NCBI GenBank assembly: GCA_964291315.2
Contig: OZ219753.1
Span: 2,560,001-2,624,000, forward strand
Direction: 5' to 3'
From: Candidatus Poribacteria bacterium
GTDB taxonomy: Bacteria; Poribacteria; WGA-4E; WGA-3G
DNA: 64,000 nt
Part shown: positions 30,301 through 39,553 of the stretch, piece after piece
Layout: each line of letters opens with the position of its first letter
Numbering within the stretch: position 1 is the first letter of the stretch
Notes under the pieces: generated by a model
Seen by the model: only the letters and a program-made list of their open reading frames with translations
What the model was told of the DNA's origin: nothing
Database searches by the model: none
Made by a program: the position numbers and the translations under genes

Positions 30301-31750
30301 TGTCTATTTTCCGTAAGTGAGAATACGCCTCTTCTTTTTTTCTGATTTTTCCATCTAACTGTGCGGCAAATAGTTCCCATAGTTGAGTTTCAAATGCGCT
30401 GCCTGGTTTCTCCCCCAATTGAATCAGTTCTTTCCCTGTCACAAAGGGTTGAGCCTTGCGCAGTACGCAAAGGTAGGTTTTTATTTTTTCGCGTTTCCAT
30501 TCTGGAGCTGCTGTATCTACAACTGCCAAGATTAATGCCTCAACTGGGTAGGGTTTTAGCAATTGGTATATCTCGCTTGCGGTCACTGTCGGTTGTAATG
30601 GAGTGAATGCTTGCTCTAACTCCTTATAAGCAGTGAGTGGTGTTTCTACCCGGTAGAGGTTTCCTTCTCCACATATGTACGTTGCGTCCTTGTCTGTTGA
30701 GGCATCTACATCAACGATACACCATTTCCCATTTCTGTATTCAATTAAAGCGTGCTGCGACAATGGGAATCCAAGCTTCTCAAATGCCTCGTGTGTCACC
30801 TTCTCGAGCGAAAGGTGGCGTTGTGCTGCTTGTCTTCGACTTACCAATCTCCGAAGTTGATGCCTCAGTACAAGTCTGAAACTGAGTGCCTCAATGTGAC
30901 ATACCGGCGTATGTGTACTAAAAAGTGTCATCCAGTAGACGAGTTCCGGCTCAACCTTCTCATCTATCAGGTGCTCCAATGCCCAAGCGATAGCCCGCTG
31001 TGCGGTTTGGAAATCCGACGCAAAACTCGGTGAAATCTGCCATCCGGCAAAAATAGCGTCGTATACGCCAAATTCTGTGAGTTGTTGTACAATTCGCGGG
31101 ACATGCTCCTCCAAAAATATTGTATTGATTTCGTTCCGAATCCGTTGACCGCTAAGCCGCGCCAAGTGAGGGAGTGCTTCTCGAATCAAGTTCACATCTG
31201 TCTCAGCAATACGAAAGTTATAACGTCCAGCATACCGGCAGGCGCGGAAGATCCGCGTTGGGTCGTCCATGAAACTGTGCGCGTGTAGCGCCCGGATGAT
31301 ACCTTTCTCAAGATCTTCGCGGCCACCTGTTGTATCAACAATTGTGCCGAAAGCACCCGTATCTAAGTGTAATGCTAACGCGTTGATCGAGAAGTCCCTT
31401 CGCTGCAAGTCGTCCGTGATGTTCCCACGTGTTACGATAGGTAACGCTCCGGCGCTTTCATACGTTTCACGACGGGCCGTAACGAAGTCTATTTTGAGCA
31501 GTTTAAGGTTAGTAGATGTGACAGTTGCAGTGCCAAATCGTGGATGGACCTGCAGTGTTCCGTTCCAGCGATCCCGCAGCACTTTTGCGATGTCTATAGC
31601 ATCGCCTTCTACGACGATATCGAGGTCGAGACTCGGTCGTTTGAGCAGCATATCTCGGACAGATCCACCGACGAGATAAGTGCCCTTTCCGCCGACATCG
31701 CCGATTTCCTGTAACAGGTTTAGGATCGGTTCAGGAATGTTGGGTGTCAT
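30287..31750 (-). CDS. Class II tRNA nucleotidyltransferase (CCA- or A-adding)
   Basis: VGGSVRD, DLDIV, FGTA, RRDFSINAL and DDPTRIFR motifs. Confidence 0.88.
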   Translation of the reverse strand: MTPNIPEPILNLLQEIGDVGGKGTYLVGGSVRDMLLKRPSLDLDIVVEGDAIDIAKVLRDRWNGTLQVHPRFGTATVTSTNLKLLKIDFVTARRETYESAGALPIVTRGNITDDLQRRDFSINALALHLDTGAFGTIVDTTGGREDLEKGIIRALHAHSFMDDPTRIFRACRYAGRYNFRIAETDVNLIREALPHLARLSGQRIRNEINTIFLEEHVPRIVQQLTEFGVYDAIFAGWQISPSFASDFQTAQRAIAWALEHLIDEKVEPELVYWMTLFSTHTPVCHIEALSFRLVLRHQLRRLVSRRQAAQRHLSLEKVTHEAFEKLGFPLSQHALIEYRNGKWCIVDVDASTDKDATYICGEGNLYRVETPLTAYKELEQAFTPLQPTVTASEIYQLLKPYPVEALILAVVDTAAPEWKREKIKTYLCVLRKAQPFVTGKELIQLGEKPGSAFETQLWELFAAQLDGKIRKKEEAYSHLRKIDNVKS

Positions 31751-31815
31751 TTTTTTTACAGTCGGGCAGAATCACGACGACCGTGTCTGCAGGTCGGTTT
31801 TATCTTTGAACAAAC

Positions 31816-32496
31816 TCATACAAACGCGAAGACGCGTGTCGGTGCCCCTGAACTTCTTGCCAATTTTAGCGGGGCAATTACTACATAGAAATGCGTAGGC
31901 AACTGGCTCAAATTACGGAGATTTTCAACATGCGGAATACCAGTCCCCAGAAAGACGAGGTGTGCTGGCGGTAAACCGTCGTGCAACGGTGGATGTCCGG
32001 CTACCGAATCAATACTACACGCGTCCGTTCCGATGACCTTTATCCGCTTTTCAACCAGCAGTTCAGCAGCATCTTCGTTAAAACCGATCCACTCTCGATT
32101 AAAGTTATCTTGATAGACGAATCTGTCCATACCTGTGCGCATGAAAACGATACTGCCCGGTGAAATCTCACCGTTTTCAGCTATCCACGTCTTAACATCT
32201 TCGGCGGTCACAGCGTCTTTCAGTTTCTTGGTCTCCGAAAAATCCATTAATACGGTGTGTCCGGTCAATTTCTCTTTTGGAATTTCGGCGATGGTAAGTC
32301 CCCCGGGGTACATAAGACAAGGGGCATCCATGTGCGTGGAGTAATGTCCAGACATGTCAACGCGACTTTCAAAGTATCCGTTTTTCTCCAATGTTGCTTG
32401 ATCGTAGATTTTCGCAGGATCGATCGGCAATTCGCGTGGGCTATCTTCATCAACTACATAAGATAGATCCAACACATTTTTGAAGTCAAGGTGCAT
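31816..32496 (-). CDS. Cyclase-family protein (kynurenine formamidase-like)
   Basis: DLS, HYSTHMDAP, GTDACSID, ENL and GAPTR motifs. Confidence 0.85.
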   Translation of the reverse strand: MHLDFKNVLDLSYVVDEDSPRELPIDPAKIYDQATLEKNGYFESRVDMSGHYSTHMDAPCLMYPGGLTIAEIPKEKLTGHTVLMDFSETKKLKDAVTAEDVKTWIAENGEISPGSIVFMRTGMDRFVYQDNFNREWIGFNEDAAELLVEKRIKVIGTDACSIDSVAGHPPLHDGLPPAHLVFLGTGIPHVENLRNLSQLPTHFYVVIAPLKLARSSGAPTRVFAFV

Positions 32497-32588
32497 TTTC
32501 TCTGTTCCTTCCTACAAAGCTTTTAACCTTACAAGGCTATGTTATGTAGTATAACACATCTCCTTGAAATGTTCAAGTAAATCAGAAA

Positions 32589-33356
32589 TTAAACGTCATG
32601 AAAGTAGTTCAGAACCACGTTATGCAAGACTCCATTTGTTGCTACAAGCGAGGCAGTATCTTTCGTAACAGGTTGTCCGTGTATATCGGTTGCTTTTCCC
32701 CCGGCTTCCCGGACGATGACGGTGATAGCCGCAATGTCCCATATACTAATTGCTGCCTCAATGACAGCGTCCGCTCTTGCAGAGGCGACGAGGTGATACA
32801 TATAGAAATCTCCGAATCCTCTTGAACGGGCAAAGTCCTTGATAAGGTTGTAAGCACCCGAGAAGGTTCCTTTCTCTATAAACCAGTTCAATCCGCCGTG
32901 GCAGACCATTGCGTCTTCGGGTTGTGCGACATCAGAGACTTGGATAGGTGTGCCATTCAGAAATGCACCACCGCCGGATTCAGCATAGAGAAGTTCCCCT
33001 AAGAGAGGGGCATTCGAAACGCCAAGAATAAGTTCTTTGTCTTTCATCAAGGCAATCTGTGTGCCGAAGATCGGGATTTTTCTGATGTAATTCTTGGTTG
33101 CATCGATCGGATCGATGATCCAGAAATATGGCGATGTGCCTTCCTCTTTTCCATACTCCTCCCCCAGAAAACCGTGATCGGGGAAAGCCTGCTTAATGGT
33201 CTCACGGATGACTTTTTCCGCTCGCCGATCGGCGAGCGTAACTGGGGTTTCGTCATCTTTGAGCTCGACTTTCATATCATCGGTGTAGTAGGCGGTAATT
33301 ATTTCTTCTGCATTTTTGGCTGCTTCCAGCGCAACCGTTAAAAATTGACTAGGCAT
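32589..33356 (-). CDS. Inositol monophosphatase family (histidinol-phosphatase-like)
   Basis: PVTLAD, GEE, WIIDPIDAT and WDIAA motifs. Confidence 0.88.
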   Translation of the reverse strand: MPSQFLTVALEAAKNAEEIITAYYTDDMKVELKDDETPVTLADRRAEKVIRETIKQAFPDHGFLGEEYGKEEGTSPYFWIIDPIDATKNYIRKIPIFGTQIALMKDKELILGVSNAPLLGELLYAESGGGAFLNGTPIQVSDVAQPEDAMVCHGGLNWFIEKGTFSGAYNLIKDFARSRGFGDFYMYHLVASARADAVIEAAISIWDIAAITVIVREAGGKATDIHGQPVTKDTASLVATNGVLHNVVLNYFHDV

Positions 33357-33418
33357 AAATTTTCCTATCTGATTTTTTGTGGATAAGACGACACATTGAC
33401 ACATGCCGCGTGTTTAAT

Positions 33419-35230
33419 TTACCGAAGCGAAATTGCTGGGCAATAAATACGTTGCCATTTCCGTTGCCACCATGCGCCTTCTGAATGTTTCGTAGCAAAA
33501 TCAGTAAAGCGGTAATCGTAAAGCGTCGCGCGAACGTAGCGCGGCGGTGTGTCAGGAAACGGATTTTCTGCCAATAATCTTAATATAGCAGGTTCGCCTC
33601 GTAAGAGTGCCTCCATGAAACTAAGAAACCAACGCGTATTCTGGCAGTCTCCTTGAAGCGCAGCAAACCACATCTGCCAATCTAGACGGGGTTGGTGCGG
33701 GGCAACCCATTTTGGTGCGCTTTTGAAACTCCCCGGTTTCCATCGAAATTCATAGGTTTTCCATGTGATACGATCGTTGCTGCCTTCAACGATAATTTCT
33801 GGACGCGATTCAGTCATGTCTGCGAAGAGCCCATACGTATTCGCGCTCCGAAACGGTGTGATCCATGCGATATCTGGGATGCCTATTCCGCTGAGAAGTT
33901 GTCCACTGAACCGGATGCAGCTTATCAGCAAGAGAAACGTCGCCGTGACTGTCAGGCAGATTCGCCTGTAACGGTGAATTGGTTGTTTGAGTACATGGAT
34001 AGACAGCATGAACCGTTTGGATAGTACTACTTTCCACGTCACATCGTCAATGAGCAAGAGACACAGCGCAATCGTCAATAGATTGAAAAAGCAGTAGTTT
34101 CCTGTCAGAATGATTAGTGCTTGTAGTCCAGTGAGTCCGATACATCCAGCAGTTCGCAGCCGTCGCGGGGCAAAAATTAGAAATGGCACAACTAATTCAA
34201 CTGTGAGCATGCCAAGTACGGATATCTGCTGGAACCACTCGGGTAGCTGATGCGCATACCATCCTATCCAGGTTGGTAATGGCTGGGTTTCGTAATGAAA
34301 GTTGAGGGCAGTTAAGTTTCGCCATACTTCATCGCTGGTAAGTTTGACGAACCCGGAAGCGAACATCAATCGGAACAGCAGCCAACGTAGGAGCCACAAA
34401 AACGCTGCGGCGGGTTGGGGCGTACGGAAAAGTCTATCACGAATTTGAAGGGGCGCGAAAAAGATTGCTAAAAATCCTGTCTCTAAAAGCAGGACATCCC
34501 ATTGGAAGCTAAGAAATTCTTGTCCCGCTACCACAAGCGATAGATAGAAAAGCCACAGACCTGCTAAGGTGACAGTTGGAAAGAAGCCCGCGATCAAAGC
34601 TGCGGCAAAAAAAACGCCGGCTGCACACAAAAGGTGGAGAAAGAGGTCCGAAGGGTGCAACCACAGCAGTGTTGGAAAGGCGTAATACCCTTCCACGCCG
34701 AGGTGCTGGCGGATAAATGTCAAAAATTGATCTGTCGGTAAGATGCCGTTACTTCCGATGAGTCCATGAATTTGTACCCACAGTGAGAGGAACGCAATTA
34801 GATAGATACAGCCGAGTGCGCGTAGAAACAACCAGCGCGACAGACAGTGGGTTGTTCTTGTTGTATCTGTTCCCCAGAGCCAGCGTGTCATTGCAGAGAA
34901 CAACGGACGGTGTTGCGCAATCACGCGGTACAACGTTTCAAACACCTTCGCGCCCCCGGGCAGCTGATAGTAGCACCAGAGGAGCCAGCTGCTGTCCAAA
35001 GCACGCAGAACAGCTTCCGCGCCGCTGAGGACGGTTCCGTTCTTCAGAATCAACTGCACCGAACTTTCAAATGCGGAGATCGGGATCTCGCGGAATTGTG
35101 AGGCTACTTTTTGGTACGGAACGTAATCGACGCGATCCCCGGTGACATGTTGCCATCGGGTAATCCAGTATTGGCAGAAATCGCAGTCTTCATCATATAC
35201 AAGGAGCGGCTTGCTGCTTTGTTGGTGCAT
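33419..35230 (-). CDS. Lipase maturation factor family protein with N-terminal DCC1 (DUF393) domain
   Basis: YDEDCDFC; FQWDVLLLE, HYETQPLP and PHQPRLDWQMWF motifs; ATG at 35230. Confidence 0.88.
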   Translation of the reverse strand: MHQQSSKPLLVYDEDCDFCQYWITRWQHVTGDRVDYVPYQKVASQFREIPISAFESSVQLILKNGTVLSGAEAVLRALDSSWLLWCYYQLPGGAKVFETLYRVIAQHRPLFSAMTRWLWGTDTTRTTHCLSRWLFLRALGCIYLIAFLSLWVQIHGLIGSNGILPTDQFLTFIRQHLGVEGYYAFPTLLWLHPSDLFLHLLCAAGVFFAAALIAGFFPTVTLAGLWLFYLSLVVAGQEFLSFQWDVLLLETGFLAIFFAPLQIRDRLFRTPQPAAAFLWLLRWLLFRLMFASGFVKLTSDEVWRNLTALNFHYETQPLPTWIGWYAHQLPEWFQQISVLGMLTVELVVPFLIFAPRRLRTAGCIGLTGLQALIILTGNYCFFNLLTIALCLLLIDDVTWKVVLSKRFMLSIHVLKQPIHRYRRICLTVTATFLLLISCIRFSGQLLSGIGIPDIAWITPFRSANTYGLFADMTESRPEIIVEGSNDRITWKTYEFRWKPGSFKSAPKWVAPHQPRLDWQMWFAALQGDCQNTRWFLSFMEALLRGEPAILRLLAENPFPDTPPRYVRATLYDYRFTDFATKHSEGAWWQRKWQRIYCPAISLR

Positions 35231-35291
35231 CAAAATTTTCTGTAAGGTCTGCCCGCTGTTCAAAGCTTGAAGAGGCGGGATCCGTGGAAAG

Positions 35292-36521
35292 TTAATTCCA
35301 TGCCTTGTGGATTTTGGCAATAGCCTCGACGATCTGATCCATCTCCGCAGCTGAACCGAGCAGGAGATTTTGGAAAAGCCAGACGCTTTCTTCACAGACC
35401 GATGCTGCGTTTGGACAAGGCAGCGCCCGGATGAGGCTCGGATATTTCTGCCTAACGTGCGCCATGCCGGGCTCCTCTGAAAGCGGGGAACGGTAGCCGA
35501 GAGAACATGGAACGCCTTCAGCAGATAATGCATCGACGAACTCCCGCCGAGACCGACCACCGAATCCCTCAGCGGTATACTTCAGGCAGTAGAGGTGGTA
35601 CCCGTGTTTGGTAACCCAAGGCGCAAGTTCTGGCGGCGTGATACCTTCAATCATTTCTAGAGCGTTCGAAAGATAAGCAGCATTCCGGTTGCGAGTGTCT
35701 GTCTGTGACTCTAAGCGTTCCAAACGCACCAGGAGTATCGCGGCGAGGTATTCTGATGGGCGATAGTTCCAGCCGAGCCGTGGATATTCCCATCTTGCAC
35801 CGCCGGGGGCCCGTCCGACATTCATAAAAGCAGAGACACGGTCGTGGATGTCTTTGTCATTGGTCGTGATCATCCCGCCTTCGCCAGAAGTCAGATTTTT
35901 CGAGGCTTGAAAACTAAATGCGCCGATATTACCCAGGGCACCGACCTTTTCGGTCTCATATTCTGCTGCGTGTGCTTGTGCGCAATCTTCGATAATTGCA
36001 AGGTTGTGCCGGTTGGCGATTTCTTGTAAGGCATCCATGTCCGCCGGATGACCCCCGAGATGGACAGGCAGGATCGCGCGTGTCTCCGGACGGATTGCCG
36101 CCTCTACTGCTGCAGGGTCAATTGTAAATGTTTCCGGTGAAATGTCTACAAATACCACTGTGCATCGGCGTTCCAATACCGCGCTTGCGGTTGCGACAAA
36201 TGTGTAGTTTGGTACGATAACTTCGCCCCCGTCACTGAACCCGTCGAGATCCAGAGCCCCTGCCAAGGCGGCACTAATAGAATCAGTGCCGTGCGGCATA
36301 AAGAGAGCGTAATTTGTCCGCGTGTACTGCGCGTATTGCTCTCCGAAACGCTCAATCATCGCGCCGCCGGAGCCTTCTTTACCGCTCAAATATACTTCTC
36401 GGAGCAACGGCTCGATCTTCGATTCCCACTCCTCGGTTGTATGGACGGGCCATGCGGGCCAAGGGTCAGTTTCTGTATTGCGGACAGGTATGCCCCCCGA
36501 AATTGCTAATTGGTTGGACAT
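35292..36521 (-). CDS. DegT/DnrJ/EryC1/StrS aminotransferase
   Basis: YTFVAT, PVHLGG, EDCAQAH and FSFQASKNLTSGEGG motifs. Confidence 0.92.
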   Translation of the reverse strand: MSNQLAISGGIPVRNTETDPWPAWPVHTTEEWESKIEPLLREVYLSGKEGSGGAMIERFGEQYAQYTRTNYALFMPHGTDSISAALAGALDLDGFSDGGEVIVPNYTFVATASAVLERRCTVVFVDISPETFTIDPAAVEAAIRPETRAILPVHLGGHPADMDALQEIANRHNLAIIEDCAQAHAAEYETEKVGALGNIGAFSFQASKNLTSGEGGMITTNDKDIHDRVSAFMNVGRAPGGARWEYPRLGWNYRPSEYLAAILLVRLERLESQTDTRNRNAAYLSNALEMIEGITPPELAPWVTKHGYHLYCLKYTAEGFGGRSRREFVDALSAEGVPCSLGYRSPLSEEPGMAHVRQKYPSLIRALPCPNAASVCEESVWLFQNLLLGSAAEMDQIVEAIAKIHKAWN

Positions 36522-36693
36522 GCAAATCTCCGATCTTCTATTTACCGGTCAATAATCTGTAGTTCCCCTAGCTAAGGACAACATCTTGCCTCACACGCCA
36601 TGTTTTTGCCCGATCGCTACCTGCCATGCTTACCCTTCAATCGTGTCAACCCAGGAATTCTTATTTCTCAATTCATGGTGGGGTTAACGTCTC

Positions 36694-37107
36694 CTATTTA
36701 TCTGAGTAGATCGGGTTTCCTGCTTGATCCACGTACACTACTTCCCAGCCCTTTGGGGCCACCCCGGTATTCAAAAGGTTCAACTTCTGTTTCTCCGAGA
36801 GTTTTGGACCCGTAACCGAGGTGATTTTCCCATTCTCGGATCGAGTTATGGCGCTCATGTGCCATATCTCAGCACGCGAGGCAGTTTTTAGCACATAAAT
36901 CCTACATGGAATATTGGGCAAGGCGTTTTCACCGATCATAATCCAGTTTTTGGCTGCAGGACTGACCTGATCCACTAAAACTTCAACGGTTTAGAGGGCG
37001 GTGGTATATTCATCTGTGTGTGCATCGAAGTTCAAGAGCTTATAACCCCCAATTAGCATAATTCCGAAGATAAGCAGACACAAAAGATTTTTTCTACTAA
37101 ATTTCAT
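36694..37107 (-). pseudogene. Exported hypothetical protein interrupted by in-frame TAA at 36991-36993
   Basis: AGGAG RBS and ATG 37107; signal peptide MKFSRKNLLCLLIFG...; TAA at codon 39, then the same frame continues into ORF 36694-36975. Confidence 0.6.
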
Positions 37108-37221
37108 GGGTTTTCTCCTGCTCCTTGAAAGGGAAACTAAGCCTCTGTCTCATTCTGATAAAAGTGTTTATCAATATACTACGGAATTTACACGATAATC
37201 GAAAAAATAGCAACAAAAAAA

Positions 37222-37250
37222 TTGACAATTGAAAAATAAATATATACAAT
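37222..37250 (+). promoter_or_regulatory. sigma70 promoter of the Cache lipoprotein gene
   Basis: TTGACA-17 nt-TACAAT. Confidence 0.7.
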
Positions 37251-37296
37251 TAAATCTGTATTAAATTTTTATGAGTTAGAAGGTGAGGAGTCGAAA

Positions 37297-38235
37297 ATGA
37301 AAAATTTCTTGTGTATACTGTTTATTATAGGACTTACGGCATTTTACGTTACAGGCTGTGAGAGATCTATGACAAAGGCGACGATGGATGTCGTTACAAC
37401 ACCTGAGAAGCCGACAGCAGATGATCCTGAAATGTTCACAGTTGCATTCGTACAAGAGGCGATCGACCTTTACAAGACAGAGGGGTACGACGCAATCGCG
37501 GCCTACTACAACGATCCCGCACACATTGACGGGCAATGGTATGTCTTCATCACCGATCCTGAGGATATGTTTATCGCGCATGCACCCAGACCTGATTTCG
37601 TAGGGACGGATCTTAAAGATATTGTGGGTCTCGATGGATCACCCCTCGGAACAGAGATCGCCAAAGCCACAGGCACAGGACTTTGGATTGAGTACCTGTG
37701 GCCCAATCCAGAAACGGGCAAATTAGAGCAGAAGCACGCCTGGGCAATCCGGCACGACGGCTACCTATTCGGCTCTGGATACTATCGAGCGTGGGGACCT
37801 GACCCCGCGGCACTTTCAAGGGCCCCCAAGGATAATCCAGAGGCGTTTACACAAGACATAGTTCTTGCAGCAATTGCCCATTATGAATTTCACGGGATCG
37901 AGAGTATAGTAGCCCACTATAACGATCCTGCACACGTTGATGGGCAATGGTATGTCTTCATCACCGATCCTGAGGATATGTTTATCGCGCATGCACCCAG
38001 ACCTGATTTCGTAGGGACGGATCTTAAAGATATTGTGGGTCTCGATGGATCACCCCTCGGAACAGAGATCGCCAAAGCCACAGGCACAGGACTCTGGATT
38101 GAGTACCTGTGGCCCAATCCAGAAACGAACGCAGATGAACATAAGCGCACGTGGGCAATCCGGCATGACGGCCACTTATTCGGCTCCGGATACTACGCCC
38201 CGGTCTCGGAGGATACCGAAATGATTCCAAACTAA
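37297..38235 (+). CDS. Lipoprotein with two single-Cache-like domains
   Basis: Lipobox VTGC; two copies of WYVFI...AH..PD..G...W..Y.WPNP...FGSGYY. Confidence 0.8.
   Translation: MKNFLCILFIIGLTAFYVTGCERSMTKATMDVVTTPEKPTADDPEMFTVAFVQEAIDLYKTEGYDAIAAYYNDPAHIDGQWYVFITDPEDMFIAHAPRPDFVGTDLKDIVGLDGSPLGTEIAKATGTGLWIEYLWPNPETGKLEQKHAWAIRHDGYLFGSGYYRAWGPDPAALSRAPKDNPEAFTQDIVLAAIAHYEFHGIESIVAHYNDPAHVDGQWYVFITDPEDMFIAHAPRPDFVGTDLKDIVGLDGSPLGTEIAKATGTGLWIEYLWPNPETNADEHKRTWAIRHDGHLFGSGYYAPVSEDTEMIPN
37531..38127 (+). repeat. 186-bp direct repeat (37531-37716 and 37942-38127)
   Basis: One mismatch seen (ggactTtgg vs ggactCtgg); offset 411 bp, in frame. Confidence 0.92.
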
Positions 38236-38329
38236 ACATCACGGACGTGTTGCAGTAGCGAAATATAGTGTCAAATCTATGCATTCTAATACACGTTTGG
38301 GATATTGATAAACTTGCCTGTTTTTCGAA

Positions 38330-39406
38330 TCAGCTGCCGGCTGTGAGAGAATTAATCGCCTGCACTGCTATTTCCGTGTCTTGGAGTGAGGCGTTCGGTG
38401 CACGCGAAATCAAGTGAGTGATGACCTGTTGTTTTAATTCATCAAGCCTGCACCGATGCACAATGCCGTGCTCTTCCATATACCGATAGACCTCATGCCG
38501 TTTTGGAAGTTTCGCTTTCTCCTTCGAGAGCATGAGGACTATCACCGGATGGCCACTGTTCGAGGCTTCACAGACCATAGAGAAACTATCGGCTGTGACG
38601 ATAAGGAGGTCGCTTAAAGCGAGAATTGCGTGATAGGGATCCTCAATTTCTGAAGGCGTGTCGGGGACAACGAAGAGTGGACACCAATCTGTGTGTTGTA
38701 AGGTTGGCAATAGACTCACCACCACATCAGGCGGTGTTCGGCGGGATGTCGTCACCAATATTTGTGCGTTCGTCTCCTCAGCAACTGCTTCACAAATCTC
38801 AATCAGTTCTGCCGTGTTGGCTGTAGTGATGGTTTCGTGCCGATCTGTACCCCCGAGGAGTATACCGATACGTGGGCGGTCTGATAGGTCTAGTTCCTGC
38901 TTCAGGCGTTCCCGTGTGGCATCCAATATACCTGGCGAAATAGGAGTTGGTACACCAATCGTTTTACAGATATTGCTTTTACCCCTCGCCTTATACCTCG
39001 TTTTATCCCATGAAACCATCGGAAGAATTGCCAAATCGAAATAACGAGTGCCTATTGGTGATGGTCTCCGGCACGTGACTGTCTTAGCACTGAGAATTCT
39101 GCCGAGCAACAGATTGATGGCCGCCACAGACGAACCCGTTGAGAGGATAAGATCAGCCGTTTGGAGACGAATCAAGGCATTGTACGTATTCGGGGCGAGG
39201 CTCCATTCAAAGAGCAGGTGGATAAATGAGGTTCGGAGCGAGATGCCCCCGAAAATGCACATAAAGACCCGTAAAAAATGATCCCGCCACTTCTGCTTGA
39301 ATTCTACTTCAAACCACTCCGTTCGACATTCAGGCAGTTTTTGCACGATCCCCAAAGACTGCTTATAGTGTCCGGGTTTATTGTCGCTTAGAATCACAAT
39401 CTTCAT
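38330..39406 (-). CDS. ELM1/GtrOC1-like putative glycosyltransferase
   Basis: LSDNKPGHYKQS, LLGG, TTSRRTP and VTADSFSMVCEA motifs. Confidence 0.8.
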   Translation of the reverse strand: MKIVILSDNKPGHYKQSLGIVQKLPECRTEWFEVEFKQKWRDHFLRVFMCIFGGISLRTSFIHLLFEWSLAPNTYNALIRLQTADLILSTGSSVAAINLLLGRILSAKTVTCRRPSPIGTRYFDLAILPMVSWDKTRYKARGKSNICKTIGVPTPISPGILDATRERLKQELDLSDRPRIGILLGGTDRHETITTANTAELIEICEAVAEETNAQILVTTSRRTPPDVVVSLLPTLQHTDWCPLFVVPDTPSEIEDPYHAILALSDLLIVTADSFSMVCEASNSGHPVIVLMLSKEKAKLPKRHEVYRYMEEHGIVHRCRLDELKQQVITHLISRAPNASLQDTEIAVQAINSLTAGS

Positions 39407-39553
39407 TCTGCTTTATGTATTTAACGGTCTCCTCACCGCCCCCTTCCTACAGCTAAGGGCCGGGAATCGGCGTTTCCATCCTACGACAAAACCGAATGCC
39501 GCTAATAAATTGTAAGCGCGGTATGAAACAGCGCTTTTTGATTGAATCTGCTA

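Noticed and set aside
35231-35560. N-terminal extension of the 713-aa LMF ORF
   Set aside because: Overlaps the aminotransferase gene; the recognisable domain begins at ATG 35230
36991-36993. In-frame stop as a second recoding event
   Set aside because: The codon is TAA, not TGA or TAG, and there is no catalytic Cys context
37531-38127. Repeat pair as the template and variable regions of a diversity-generating retroelement
   Set aside because: Differences are mostly synonymous transitions in both directions rather than adenine-specific, and there is no reverse transcriptase in the window
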